From an uncultured Acidobacteriota bacterium (lineage in GTDB: Bacteria > Acidobacteriota > Vicinamibacteria > Vicinamibacterales > CAVVIG01): 64,000 nt of DNA. The notes under the pieces were generated by a model, which was given only the letters and a program-made list of their open reading frames with translations, was not told the origin of the DNA and ran no database searches. Shown one piece after another: positions 47,064-56,569 of this stretch (position 1 is its first letter; each line of letters begins with the position of its first letter). The stretch is taken from positions 543,537 to 607,536 of the forward strand of contig CAVXGU010000004.1 of assembly GCA_963761615.1 (NCBI GenBank), read 5' to 3'. Both the position numbers and the translations under genes were made by a program.

Positions 47064-48128
47064 TCAGCAGATTCTCGGCAGCTGTTCGCCCGTCAGCATG
47101 TCCACGATCCGCGTGGCGCCGATGCGGCTCGTCATCGTGACCAGGCCCGTCGTCTCGGCGCCGACGGCGCCGATCACCGCGGCGTCCGGACAGCGGGAAT
47201 CGCGCCGGAGGCGCTCGACGGTCCGGCCGGCGTCGGCGGCCGCCACGAAGGCGACGAACCGGCCCTCGTTGGCGACGTAGAGGGGATCGAAGCCGAGGAT
47301 CTCGCAGGCGCCGCGCACGTCCTCGCGCACGGGAATCCGGCGCTCCTCGACGTGGATCGACCGGCCGGACGCCTCCGCGATCTCGGCGAGGGCGCTCGCG
47401 AGGCCCCCGCGCGTCAGGTCGCGCAGGCAGTGCACCTCGATCCCGTCCTCGAAGAGGGCCATCACCGGCTCCACCAGCGGCGCACAGTCGCTCTCGATGG
47501 ACGACTCGAACTCGAGGTTCTCGCGCACCGCCATGATCGCCATGCCGTGGCGCCCGAGGTCGCCGCTCACGATCACGGCGTCGCCGTCGCGCACGCGCGC
47601 CGGCGACACGGGCGCCGGCGCCACGACGATGCCGATGCCGGCGGTGTTGACGAAGATGCCGTCGCCCTTGCCCCGATCGACCACCTTCGTGTCGCCGGTC
47701 ACCAGCTCGACGCCGGCCTCCGCGGCGGCCCGCTGCATCGACTGGACGACCCGCCAGAGCGTCTCCATCGGCAGGCCCTCCTCGAGGATGAAGCCGGCGC
47801 TCAGGAATCGCGCCCGGGCGCCGCACATCGCCAGGTCGTTCACCGTGCCGTTGACGGCGAGCGCGCCGATGTCTCCGCCCGGAAAGAACAGCGGGCGGAC
47901 CACGTACGAGTCGGTCGTGAACGCGAGGCGTCCGCCGCCGACGTCGAAGACGGCGCCGTCGTGGCGCGTCTCGAGACGCGTCGTGAAGGCCGGCAGGAAC
48001 ATCTGCTCGATGAGCTGGTGCATCAGATGTCCGCCGCCGCCGTGGGCGAGGAGCACGTGCGGGTAGCGCGCGATCGGGATCGGGCAGGAGAACCCGGCCG
48101 CCTCGTCCTTCGAGCGTTCAGGCGCCAT
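47064..48128 (-). CDS. hypE: Hydrogenase maturation protein HypE
   Basis: AIR-synthase-like fold ending in the HypE signature C-terminus ...GEQLPRIC. Start set at MAPERSKDE (48128), overlapping the hypD end. Confidence 0.9.
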   Translation of the reverse strand: MAPERSKDEAAGFSCPIPIARYPHVLLAHGGGGHLMHQLIEQMFLPAFTTRLETRHDGAVFDVGGGRLAFTTDSYVVRPLFFPGGDIGALAVNGTVNDLAMCGARARFLSAGFILEEGLPMETLWRVVQSMQRAAAEAGVELVTGDTKVVDRGKGDGIFVNTAGIGIVVAPAPVSPARVRDGDAVIVSGDLGRHGMAIMAVRENLEFESSIESDCAPLVEPVMALFEDGIEVHCLRDLTRGGLASALAEIAEASGRSIHVEERRIPVREDVRGACEILGFDPLYVANEGRFVAFVAAADAGRTVERLRRDSRCPDAAVIGAVGAETTGLVTMTSRIGATRIVDMLTGEQLPRIC

Positions 48129-49230
48129 GGACCCGCTCGTGCGCCTGCAGGCGGCGATAGCGGTAGTACGCGGCGCAGGCACCCTCCGACGAGACCATCG
48201 TCGCGCCGAGCGGATGCTCCGGTGTGCAGCGCGTGCCGAAGGCCGGGCAGTCGTGCGGCTTCGTCAGGCCCTGGAGCACGAGGCCGCTGATGCACTCGCT
48301 GGGCTCGTCCTCGGTGAGCTCGGCGACGCCGAACCGGCTCTCGGCGTCGTACGCGGCGTAGCGATCGGTCAGCGCGAGGCCGCTCTGCGGGATCTCGCCC
48401 ACGCCGCGCCACTTGCGCGGCACGATCCGGAACACCTCGCGCACGAGACGCTGCGCCGGCCGGTTGCCGTCCCGGCTGACCGCCCGCGCGTACTGGTTCT
48501 CGACTTCCGCGCGCCCGTCCTCGAGCTGCTTCACGCACAGGTAGACGCCCTGCAGCAGGTCCACCGGCTCGAACCCGGTCACCACGATCGGCACGCGATA
48601 GCGGCGTGCGATCGGCTCGTACTCCGTGTAGCCCATGACCGTGCAGACGTGTCCGGCCGCGAGGAACCCCTGCACGCGGTTGTTGGGCGAGGAGAGGATC
48701 GCCTCCATGGCCGGCGGCACGAGGACGTGCGAGACGAGCAGCGAGAAGTTCGTGACGCCCTGGGCATCCGCCTGATAGACCGCCATCGCGTTGGCCGGTG
48801 CGGTCGTCTCGAAGCCGACGGCGAAGAAGACGACCTCGCGGGACGGATGCGCGCGGGCGATGGCGACGGCGTCGAGCGGCGAGTAGACGATCCGGACGTC
48901 GCCGCCCCCGGCCTTGACCGAGAGCAGATCGCGCGTCCGCCCGGGCACGCGCAGCATGTCGCCGAACGAGCAGAAGATCACGCCGGGCCGCGAGGCGATC
49001 TCGATCGCTTTCTCGATCAGCTCGAGCGGGGTGACGCACACGGGACAACCCGGACCGTGCACGAGCGTGATGCCGTCGGGCAGCAGGTCGTCGACGCCGA
49101 ACTTGACGATCGAGTGCGTCTGGCCGCCGCAGACCTCCATCAGCGTCCAGGGGCGCGTGGTGATCCTCGCCAGCGCCCGGGAGAAGGCGCCCGCCGCGTC
49201 GGCGTCGCGGTATTCGTCGATGTACTTCAT
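48118..49230 (-). CDS. hypD: Hydrogenase maturation protein HypD
   Basis: MKYIDEYRD..., [20 protein letters not shown] motifs. Confidence 0.92.
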   Translation of the reverse strand: MKYIDEYRDADAAGAFSRALARITTRPWTLMEVCGGQTHSIVKFGVDDLLPDGITLVHGPGCPVCVTPLELIEKAIEIASRPGVIFCSFGDMLRVPGRTRDLLSVKAGGGDVRIVYSPLDAVAIARAHPSREVVFFAVGFETTAPANAMAVYQADAQGVTNFSLLVSHVLVPPAMEAILSSPNNRVQGFLAAGHVCTVMGYTEYEPIARRYRVPIVVTGFEPVDLLQGVYLCVKQLEDGRAEVENQYARAVSRDGNRPAQRLVREVFRIVPRKWRGVGEIPQSGLALTDRYAAYDAESRFGVAELTEDEPSECISGLVLQGLTKPHDCPAFGTRCTPEHPLGATMVSSEGACAAYYRYRRLQAHERVHGA

Positions 49231-49487
49231 GACGCGTCTCCGTCGACGTCGAGCTCGGCGAGCTCGCCCATCTCCCGGAGATAGTCGAACACCTGATGCG
49301 CCTCGGCTTCGTCGATCGTGTTGATCGCGAAGCCGACGTGCACCAGCACGTAGTCGCCGACCCGGGCGTCGGGCACGTACGCCAGGTTCACCTGCTTGAC
49401 GATGCCCGAGAAGTCCACGCGTCCCGTGCGCAGCAGCGGGTCGTCACCCTGGATGCTCACGATCTTCCCGGGAACGGCTAGGCACAT
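49227..49487 (-). CDS. hypC: Hydrogenase maturation chaperone HypC/HupF family
   Basis: N-terminal [10 protein letters not shown] with the essential Cys2. 86 aa. Confidence 0.9.
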   Translation of the reverse strand: MCLAVPGKIVSIQGDDPLLRTGRVDFSGIVKQVNLAYVPDARVGDYVLVHVGFAINTIDEAEAHQVFDYLREMGELAELDVDGDAS

Positions 49488-49508
49488 GATGGCCTCGCAT
49501 TCATCACT

Positions 49509-49715
49509 GGCGGCGGGGCCCCACCCCCGCCGCGAACTGACGCCGATGCTCGCCCTCGGATTCGCAGGTCCTCGGGCTCGCCTGGCCGCAGGCGCCGGCT
49601 TCTCTCACGGGCGGCGGGGCCGCGCCCCCGCCGCGAACTGACGTCGATGCTCGCCCTCGGATTCGCAGGTCCTCGGGCTCGCCTGGCCGCAGGCGCCGGC
49701 TTTTCTCCCCGGCGG
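49509..49715 (+). repeat. Tandem direct repeat, two ~101-bp units plus a degenerate partial third
   Basis: The unit ggcggcggggcc..ccccgccgcgaactgacg.cgatgctcgccctcggattcgcaggtcctcgggctcgcctggccgcaggcgccggctt.tctc occurs at 49509 and again at 49610, with about 6 differences by eye. Confidence 0.9.
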
Positions 49716-49758
49716 CCGGGTCCCGCCCAAGCCCATCAAACCTGTCCACCCGCCCACC

Positions 49759-49876
49759 CTACAGCGTTTTCGAGATCGATGTCGCCCCGCGATCGGTGTA
49801 GCCGCGGACCTTCAGGTCCGCCAATGCGAAGCCGACCTGAAGGTCGGCCGGTACATCCAAACGAAAACCGCTCTAG
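49759..49876 (+). mobile_element. MITE-like repeat, copy C
   Basis: ctacagcgttttcgagatcg...gcggaccttcaggtccgc caatgcgaa gccgacctgaaggtcggc...cgaaaaccgctctag. Its terminal ctag contains the hypF stop codon on the minus strand. Confidence 0.7.
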
Positions 49877-52218
49877 TCAACGCGTCCTGCGCCCCGCGCC
49901 GGTACCGCCCATCCTGCCACGACCGCCTGCCCGAGCGCGATGCCGCCGTCGTTGGGCGGCACCCGCTGGTGCCAGTACGCCCGGAGGCCCGCGCGCTCGA
50001 GGCCGCCGATTGTCTGCTCCAGCAGGCAGCGGTTCTGGAAGCAGCCGCCGGTCAGCACGACGCGAGGAAGCTCCATGCGGCGGGCGACCTCGACGATCGC
50101 CGACGCGAGGGTGCGGTGAAAGCGCGACGCGATGACTCCCGTCGCCGCGCCACGTTCACGCTCCTCGACAATCGCCTCGATCGTCGGCCCCCAGTCGACC
50201 ACGAGGGGGCCGCCGACGCCTTCGACGAAGCCGACTGGGTACTGGCCGCCCGCCCCTTCATCGACGGCGAACTCCAGCGCCATGGCCGCCTGGCCCTCGA
50301 AGCTCATGCGATGGCAGAGGCCGCAGAGCGATGCGACCGCGTCGAACAGGCGCCCGGCGCTCGAGGTGACGGGCGAGTTGAGGCCCTTGGCGAGCATCTG
50401 CACGAGCACGCGCCGTTCGGCCTCCTCGAAGGCCGCCACCGGCGCGAGATCGCCGCGCGAGACGAGCGCGGCGCCGTAGATCGCGTGCAGCAGGCCGAAT
50501 GCGGTTCGCCTCGGCTCGCGAACCGCGCGCTCGCCGCCCGGCAACCGGAACGGCCGCAGGGTGGCGACGCGCTCGAATTCCCCGCCGCGCGGCACGAGGA
50601 ACTCGCCGCCCCAGATCGTGCCGTCGGTGCCGTAGCCGGTCCCGTCCCATGCGACGCCGAGCACCGGCGCCTCCAGGTCGTTCTCGGCCATGCAGGCGGC
50701 CACGTGCGCGAAGTGATGCTGGACGCGCAGGACCGGCAGCCCCAGCCCCGTTGCGTACCGCGTGGAGCGGTAATCCGGATGCAGGTCGGCCGCCACCCGG
50801 GCGGGCTGAACGCCATAGAGGTCCCGGAACGCGGCGATCGTCCGCTCGAAGGCGTCCGCGGCCTGCGGCGTCTCGAGGTCGCCGATGTGCTGGCTGAGGA
50901 AGAACTGGCGGCCGACGCTGAGGCCGATCGTGTTCTTCAGATGACCGCCGACGGCCAGCGTCGGCGGCGGCGCGTCCGGCAGCGGGACGGGCAGCGGGGC
51001 GTATCCGCGAGCGCGCCGCAGCACCATCTCGCGGCCGCCGAGCACGCGGACGATCGAATCGTCCACGTGGCGGACGATCGGCCGGTCATGGACGAGGAAG
51101 AGATCCGCGACGCCGCCGAGCCTCGTCAGCGCCTCGCGCTCGTCGGTGCAGATCGGCTCGTCGGTCAGGTTACCGCTCGTCGCGATGACGGGACGGCCCA
51201 GATCGCGCATCAGCAGGTGATGCAGCGGCGTACACGGGAGCATGACGCCGAGCTGCGGGTTGCCCGGCGCCACCGACGGGGCGATCGTCGTCGGTCCGCG
51301 GCGCCGCGCGAGCAGCACGATCGGCGCCTCCGGCGAGCAGAGCAGGCGCGCCTCGAGCGGAGAGACGACACACTCGGTCTCGACGCCGTCCAGGCCTGGA
51401 AACAACAGGGCGAACGGCTTCTCCTCCCGGTGCTTCCGCGCGCGCAGCCTCCGTACGGCCTCGTCATCGGCCGCGCCGGCCATCAGGTGAAACCCGCCCA
51501 GGCCCTTCACGGCGACGATGGCGCCGCTGGCGATTGCGTCGACCGCACGCCGAAGGGCCTCGTCACGCTCCGCGAGCACGTGGCCGGTCCCGTCCCACAG
51601 CGCGAGCGAGGGACCGCACGCCCGACAGGCATCCGGCTGGGCGTGGAAGCGCCGATCGCGTGGATCGCCGTACTCGCGCGCGCACGCCGGGCACATGGCG
51701 AACGCCTTCATCGAGGTCCGCGCCCGGTCGTACGGCAGGCGTTCGACGATCGTGAACCGCGGTCCGCAGTTCGTGCAGTTGATGAAGGGATAGCGGAACC
51801 GGCGGTCGCCGGGGTCGAGCAGCTCGCGCAGGCAGTCGGAACAGGTGGCGATGTCGGGGAGGACGAACGCCGACGGCTGCGCGGCCGTCTCGCTCTCGCG
51901 AATCTCGAAGCCCGCGTAGCCCGCCGGGTCGAGCAGTGAGCACTCGCGGCTCACCACGACCGCCCGCGGCGGACGCTCCTCGTCGAGCAGGACGAGAAAG
52001 CGATCGACGGTCGGGCGGGTGCCTTCGATCTCGACGAACACGCCGTGCCCCGTGTTCGATACCCACCCGCAAAGCCCGAGGTCGGCGGCCAGCCGGTAGA
52101 CGAACGGACGGAATCCCACCCCCTGGACGGCGCCGTGCACGACGACGCGGGCGCGAACCTCGCCCGGGGTGGGGCCGGCTGCGCGGGTGGGGCGGGTGGG
52201 GCCGGCCGGGGTCTTCAT
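49873..52218 (-). CDS. hypF: Carbamoyltransferase HypF
   Basis: Acylphosphatase domain (VHGAVQGVGFRPFVYRLA), two zinc-finger pairs (CSDCLREL...CTNCGPRF, CPACAREY...CRACGP), and YrdC and Kae1-like domains. 781 aa. Confidence 0.92.
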   Translation of the reverse strand: MKTPAGPTRPTRAAGPTPGEVRARVVVHGAVQGVGFRPFVYRLAADLGLCGWVSNTGHGVFVEIEGTRPTVDRFLVLLDEERPPRAVVVSRECSLLDPAGYAGFEIRESETAAQPSAFVLPDIATCSDCLRELLDPGDRRFRYPFINCTNCGPRFTIVERLPYDRARTSMKAFAMCPACAREYGDPRDRRFHAQPDACRACGPSLALWDGTGHVLAERDEALRRAVDAIASGAIVAVKGLGGFHLMAGAADDEAVRRLRARKHREEKPFALLFPGLDGVETECVVSPLEARLLCSPEAPIVLLARRRGPTTIAPSVAPGNPQLGVMLPCTPLHHLLMRDLGRPVIATSGNLTDEPICTDEREALTRLGGVADLFLVHDRPIVRHVDDSIVRVLGGREMVLRRARGYAPLPVPLPDAPPPTLAVGGHLKNTIGLSVGRQFFLSQHIGDLETPQAADAFERTIAAFRDLYGVQPARVAADLHPDYRSTRYATGLGLPVLRVQHHFAHVAACMAENDLEAPVLGVAWDGTGYGTDGTIWGGEFLVPRGGEFERVATLRPFRLPGGERAVREPRRTAFGLLHAIYGAALVSRGDLAPVAAFEEAERRVLVQMLAKGLNSPVTSSAGRLFDAVASLCGLCHRMSFEGQAAMALEFAVDEGAGGQYPVGFVEGVGGPLVVDWGPTIEAIVEERERGAATGVIASRFHRTLASAIVEVARRMELPRVVLTGGCFQNRCLLEQTIGGLERAGLRAYWHQRVPPNDGGIALGQAVVAGWAVPARGAGRVD

Positions 52219-52889
52219 TTCCGGCGGCCGCGTGTCGAAGCCAGCTCGTCGAGGCGCGCCAGCCAGTCGTCCATGCCGGCGCCCGTCTTCGCGGAGACTT
52301 CGAGGATCTCGAGGCCGGGGCGCACCTCGTGGATGTTGTGGCGCGCCGCGGCGCGATCGAACTCGACGGCGGCGGCGAGGTCCGTCTTCGTCACGATCGC
52401 CAGGTCGGCCGTGTTGAAGATCGTCGGGTACTTGAGCGGCTTGTCCTCGCCTTCGGTGACCGAGAGGAGCACCACGCGGACGTGCTCGCCGAGGTCGTAG
52501 CTCGACGGGCAGACGAGATTGCCGACGTTCTCGAGGAAGAGCCGATCCAGCGTTTCGAGGTCCCAGCCTTCCTCTTCGAGCGCCCGCTCGATCATCTCGG
52601 CCTCGAGATGGCAGACGGTGCCGGTCGTGATCTGGCGCACGCGCGCGCCGGTCCCGGCGAGACGCCTGGCGTCGTTGTCCGTCGCGAGATCGCCCACGAG
52701 GACGCCCGCGCGCCGCCGGTCGGCGAGCCGCTCCAGCGTCTTCTGCAGGAACGTCGTCTTGCCGGCGCCCGGGCTCGACACCAGGCTCGCGACGAAGACG
52801 CCGGCCGCATCGAACCGCGCGCGCAGCGCACGGGCGAGCAGGTCGTTCTTCTTGAGGATGCCCTCGCGGACCTCAACGATGCGCGGCAC
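52215..52889 (-). CDS. hypB: Hydrogenase nickel-incorporation GTPase HypB
   Basis: P-loop SSPGAGKTTFL, ENVGNLVCP, TKTDL. No His-rich N-terminal stretch. Confidence 0.9.
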   Translation of the reverse strand: MPRIVEVREGILKKNDLLARALRARFDAAGVFVASLVSSPGAGKTTFLQKTLERLADRRRAGVLVGDLATDNDARRLAGTGARVRQITTGTVCHLEAEMIERALEEEGWDLETLDRLFLENVGNLVCPSSYDLGEHVRVVLLSVTEGEDKPLKYPTIFNTADLAIVTKTDLAAAVEFDRAAARHNIHEVRPGLEILEVSAKTGAGMDDWLARLDELASTRGRRK

Positions 52890-53235
52890 GGTCCTCCACC
52901 TCCAGCGCGGTCAGCTCGAGCTCCCGGCCGCCGGTCACGTCGGGCGTCGCCGCGCCGCAGACCGGGCAGTGCAGGTGCTGTGCGCTGATGATCTCACGGT
53001 CCTCGCCGCACTGCGGGCAGAACGCGGCGAGCGGCACGTCCTCGATCTCCAGCCGGGCGCCGGCGATTGCGGTCCCCTGGGCCGCCAGGTCGAAGCAGAA
53101 GAGCAGGGCGTCCTTGACGACGCCCGAGAGCGGGCCGAGGCGCACGTAGACGGCGTCGACGCGGACGTCGCCGAGGCCGCGCGCCCGGTCGCTGGCCGCC
53201 TCGACGAGCGCCAGCGCGACCGACAGCTCATGCAC
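52873..53235 (-). CDS. hypA: Hydrogenase nickel-insertion protein HypA
   Basis: MHELS N-terminus, and a zinc site CPQCG...CPVCG. Confidence 0.9.
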   Translation of the reverse strand: MHELSVALALVEAASDRARGLGDVRVDAVYVRLGPLSGVVKDALLFCFDLAAQGTAIAGARLEIEDVPLAAFCPQCGEDREIISAQHLHCPVCGAATPDVTGGRELELTALEVEDRAAHR

Positions 53236-53256
53236 GGCCGGTGCTCCGGGACCGGG

Positions 53257-53658
53257 TCATGGGTGCGCTCCGAGCGATAGGACGTACGCCGTGAGATCCC
53301 AGGCGTCCGTCTGGCTCAGGGCCCTCCACGCCGGCATCGGCGTCCCGGCGAGACCCTCGCGGATCGCGAAGAAGACGCGTCGGGGCGACGTGGACGCGCG
53401 CCACGCCGCGTCGGTGAAGTCGCGCGGCGGCTGGCTGAGGCCCTCGCGGCGGACGCCGTGCCCGTCGCCGCGCGCGCCGTGGCAGAGCGCGCAGTGCGCG
53501 AGGAACAGCACGCGGCCCCGCGCCCGGGCTGCCGGCGAGTCCAGCGTGGCGGACGGCACCGCGATCCGGCGGTACGCCGCCGGAAGGTCGCGGTCAGGAC
53601 CGCCGCAGGCCGGGCAGGAGAGGATCATCAGCAGTGCGCTCAGCGCGAGCGGTTTCAT
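53257..53658 (-). CDS. Mono-haem c-type cytochrome lipoprotein
   Basis: Lipobox LMILSC. A single CALCH haem motif, with a distal GTPMPAW Met candidate. Embedded between hupD and hypA; overlaps the hupD 3' end by 65 nt. Confidence 0.7.
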   Translation of the reverse strand: MKPLALSALLMILSCPACGGPDRDLPAAYRRIAVPSATLDSPAARARGRVLFLAHCALCHGARGDGHGVRREGLSQPPRDFTDAAWRASTSPRRVFFAIREGLAGTPMPAWRALSQTDAWDLTAYVLSLGAHP

Positions 53659-54148
53659 CGGTCCTGGGGCGGAAGGGGAATCCCAGCGCTCCCGCCTCCT
53701 CGACGATTCGGTCGACCAGTCCGGGCAGGCCGGGGGCGACCTGCGGCGAGAGGCCGACGGCCAGCTCCATCGACGCGGGCACGAGCCCGACGAGGATCAC
53801 GCGGCGCGGGTACCGGTCCAGCCAGCGGGCCCCGTCCAGCAGATCCGCGACGCCCACCTGGTGCGGCGACAACCGGGTCGCCACGGCCGGCGGCACCTCG
53901 TCTCCCTCCAGGCGGACGAACGTGCCGGGCGGCTCGCCCGTGCGGATCGCGTCGACGAGGATGGCCACGCCGGCATTCTCGAGATAGGGGAGCAGCGCGA
54001 GTCCGAGCGTGCCGCCGTCGAGGACGCGCGTCCCTTCTGGAGCATCGTAGCGCGCATTCAGTTCCGCGACGGCCGCGGCGCCGACGCCATCGTCCTCCAG
54101 CAGGAGGTTGCCGAGGCCCAGCACGAGGAGCCTGGCCGGTTCATTCAT
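53594..54148 (-). CDS. hupD: [NiFe] hydrogenase maturation endopeptidase (HyaD/HupD family)
   Basis: LVLGLGNLLLEDDGVG, LVDA, and SPHQVGVADLL motifs. Confidence 0.88.
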   Translation of the reverse strand: MNEPARLLVLGLGNLLLEDDGVGAAAVAELNARYDAPEGTRVLDGGTLGLALLPYLENAGVAILVDAIRTGEPPGTFVRLEGDEVPPAVATRLSPHQVGVADLLDGARWLDRYPRRVILVGLVPASMELAVGLSPQVAPGLPGLVDRIVEEAGALGFPFRPRTDETARAERTADDPLLPGLRRS

Positions 54149-54866
54149 CGACGTCCCCGTGATGCAGCCACCGGTAGGGGCCGAGGCGGAGCGCGCTCCT
54201 GGGCACCCATTTGTAGCCGCTGAAGATCGAGTCGAGCGTGCCCATCTTCTCGACGATCGCCACCAGCCACGCGCTGTAGACGTGATGCACCACGAAGCCC
54301 AGGAGGAGCCACATCGTCACGTGGTGAATCCAGCGCGCGGTCTGGAAGCCGCCGAAGACCGGCGCGAGCACCGTGAACCACCGGAGCGGCGACGTCACGC
54401 CGGCGTGGGACGCGTACATCGTCAGTCCCGTGAAGATGGCGATCAGGTACAGCACGTACACGAGCGCGTACGTGACGCCTGCCAGCGGGTTGTGGCCGAC
54501 GTAGCTCGGCGGCGTATCCTGGGCGAACAGGTAGAACGAGAGGGTGCCCGGGACGCCGCGGCGCCGCGTGGCGTGCACCGGGACGAACTTGTCCCAGCGC
54601 GCGTACTTGTTGCCCGTGAACATCCAGATGACCCGCATGACGACCGCCGTGACGAACACCGCGGCGGCGTAGAAGTGGATCACCTTGGCCCAGCCCATCA
54701 CGAAGGAGAACCGGGCCTCGCCCGGGACCGTGATGAACGGATGGCCGATGTAGATCCCGGTCGCGGCGAGCACGACGATCGAGAGCGCGATGAGCCAGTG
54801 CGCGATGCGCACGGGCCGCTGCCACACGTAGACGCGGACGATCTCGCCGTCGGATTCGGGCGTCAT
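54141..54866 (-). CDS. hupC: Ni/Fe-hydrogenase b-type cytochrome subunit
   Basis: Last 241 codons of ORF 54141..56414, starting MTPESDGEIVRVYVWQRPVRIAHW. Four TM helices with conserved His residues (IAHW, VIHFY, HNPLAG, WIHHVTMW). The ATG overlaps the hupL stop (ATGA). Confidence 0.85.
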   Translation of the reverse strand: MTPESDGEIVRVYVWQRPVRIAHWLIALSIVVLAATGIYIGHPFITVPGEARFSFVMGWAKVIHFYAAAVFVTAVVMRVIWMFTGNKYARWDKFVPVHATRRRGVPGTLSFYLFAQDTPPSYVGHNPLAGVTYALVYVLYLIAIFTGLTMYASHAGVTSPLRWFTVLAPVFGGFQTARWIHHVTMWLLLGFVVHHVYSAWLVAIVEKMGTLDSIFSGYKWVPRSALRLGPYRWLHHGDVDE

Positions 54867-56569
54867 ACGACCTTCACCCGCGCCAGCTCGCGGCGGCTGG
54901 CGTCCACCACGTGCACGCCGCAGGCCATGCACGGGTCGAAGGAGTGCACGGTGCGCAGGATCTCGACCGGCCGCTGGGGATCGGCCACCGGCGTGCCGAC
55001 GAGCGCCTCCTCGTACGGACCGCGGCGCCCGCCCGCGTCGCGGGGCCCCGCGTTCCACGTGCTCGGCACGACGCACTGGTAGTTCGCGATCGTCCCGTGC
55101 TCGATGTGCACCCAGTGGCTGAGCGCGCCACGGGGCGCCTCGTGCAGCCCGGCGCCGGTCGCGCTGGCGGGCCAGGTCGACGGATCCCACTTGGAGCTGT
55201 CGTGGATGCGGAGCTCCCCGGAGCCCATGTTCGCCGCGAGCCCCTCGACCCAGTCGTCCATCTTCTCGGCCAGGACCTGCGTCTCGATGCCCCGGGCCGC
55301 GACGCGGCCGAGCGTCGAGAAGAGGGCGTCGGCGCCCACGCCGAGCTTCGTCAGGACGCCGTCGACCAGCGTCTTCACGCGGGCGTGTCCGGAGACGTAC
55401 GCGACCAGCATCCGCGCCAGCGGGCCGACCTCCATCGGTTCGTCCCCATAGCGCGGCGCCTTGAGCCACGAGTACTTCTTGTCGGTGTCGAGCCGCTGGT
55501 AGGGCGGCGTCGGCCCCGTGTAGTTGGGCGTGGTCTCGCCGTCGAACGGGTGGAGCGACACGCCGTCGCCGCCCTGGTAGCCGTACCACGAGTGCGTGAT
55601 GTACTCGGCGACCCGGGTCTGGTCGAAGGGCTCGATCTTCGAGATGTCGCGGCCGCGGATGATTCCCTGCGGCAGGAAGAGCGCCGGCGTCGGCGCGTCG
55701 TTCTCCGGGTACTCGCCGAACGCCATGTAGTTCCCGACGCCGCGACCGTACCCTGCCCAGTCCTTGTAGAAGGACGCGACCGCGAGCAGGTCGGGCAGAT
55801 AGACGCGCGTGACGAAGTCGCGCGCCCTGGCCGTCAGCTCCCTGAGGGCCGCGATCGTTCCCGCGTTGAGCGCCGCCTGGCTGTCGGGATCGACCGGCGT
55901 CGCCATGCCGCCGACGAGGAAGCTCTGGAGGTGCGGGTTCTTGCCGCCGAGGATCGCGTGGAGCTTGATGAACTCGCGCTGCCAGTCGAGCGCCTCGAGA
56001 TAGTGCGCGACCGCCATCAGGTTCGCCTCCGGCGGCAGCCGGTACGCGGGGTGGCCCCAGTAGGCGTTCGCGAACGGCCCGAGCTGTCCGCGATCGACGA
56101 ACGCCTTGATCCGGTCGCGTACGCCGGCGAAGTACTTCGCGCCCGAGAGCGGCCAGTCCGAGATCGACTCGGCGAGCGACGAGGTTTTCGCCGGGTCGGC
56201 GGACAGTGCCGAGACGATGTCGACCCAGTCGAGCGCGTGCAGGTGGTAGAAGTGGATGACGTGGTCCTGGATGCACTGCGCACCGATGATCAGGTTCCGC
56301 AGGAGCCGCGCGTTGGGCGGCGGCACGGCGCCGATGGCGTGCTCGACGGCGCGGATGGACGCGATGGCGTGTACCGTCGTGCACACGCCGCAGATCCGCT
56401 GGGTGAACGCCCACGCGTCGCGAGGATCGCGCCCTTTCAGGATCAGCTCGATCCCGCGGAACATCGTCGACGACGACCAGGCGTCGCGGACGACACCGCC
56501 GTCGACCTCGGCCTCGATCCGGAGGTGCCCTTCGATGCGGGTCACCGGGTCCACGACGACGCGGCTCAT
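54863..56569 (-). CDS. hupL: [NiFe] hydrogenase large subunit, group 1 (membrane-bound uptake type)
   Basis: Starts MSRVVVDPVTRIEGHLRIE. N-terminal RICGVCTTVH and C-terminal DPCMACGVH nickel ligands, plus a 15-aa C-terminal extension for proteolytic maturation. Confidence 0.92.
   Translation of the reverse strand: MSRVVVDPVTRIEGHLRIEAEVDGGVVRDAWSSSTMFRGIELILKGRDPRDAWAFTQRICGVCTTVHAIASIRAVEHAIGAVPPPNARLLRNLIIGAQCIQDHVIHFYHLHALDWVDIVSALSADPAKTSSLAESISDWPLSGAKYFAGVRDRIKAFVDRGQLGPFANAYWGHPAYRLPPEANLMAVAHYLEALDWQREFIKLHAILGGKNPHLQSFLVGGMATPVDPDSQAALNAGTIAALRELTARARDFVTRVYLPDLLAVASFYKDWAGYGRGVGNYMAFGEYPENDAPTPALFLPQGIIRGRDISKIEPFDQTRVAEYITHSWYGYQGGDGVSLHPFDGETTPNYTGPTPPYQRLDTDKKYSWLKAPRYGDEPMEVGPLARMLVAYVSGHARVKTLVDGVLTKLGVGADALFSTLGRVAARGIETQVLAEKMDDWVEGLAANMGSGELRIHDSSKWDPSTWPASATGAGLHEAPRGALSHWVHIEHGTIANYQCVVPSTWNAGPRDAGGRRGPYEEALVGTPVADPQRPVEILRTVHSFDPCMACGVHVVDASRRELARVKVV

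Noticed and set aside
53594-53658. 65-nt overlap between hupD and the cytochrome c gene as evidence of a mis-call
   Set aside because: The alternative cytochrome start (MILSC, 53628) still overlaps, and the hupD frame has no earlier stop. The overlap is therefore kept as real but flagged.
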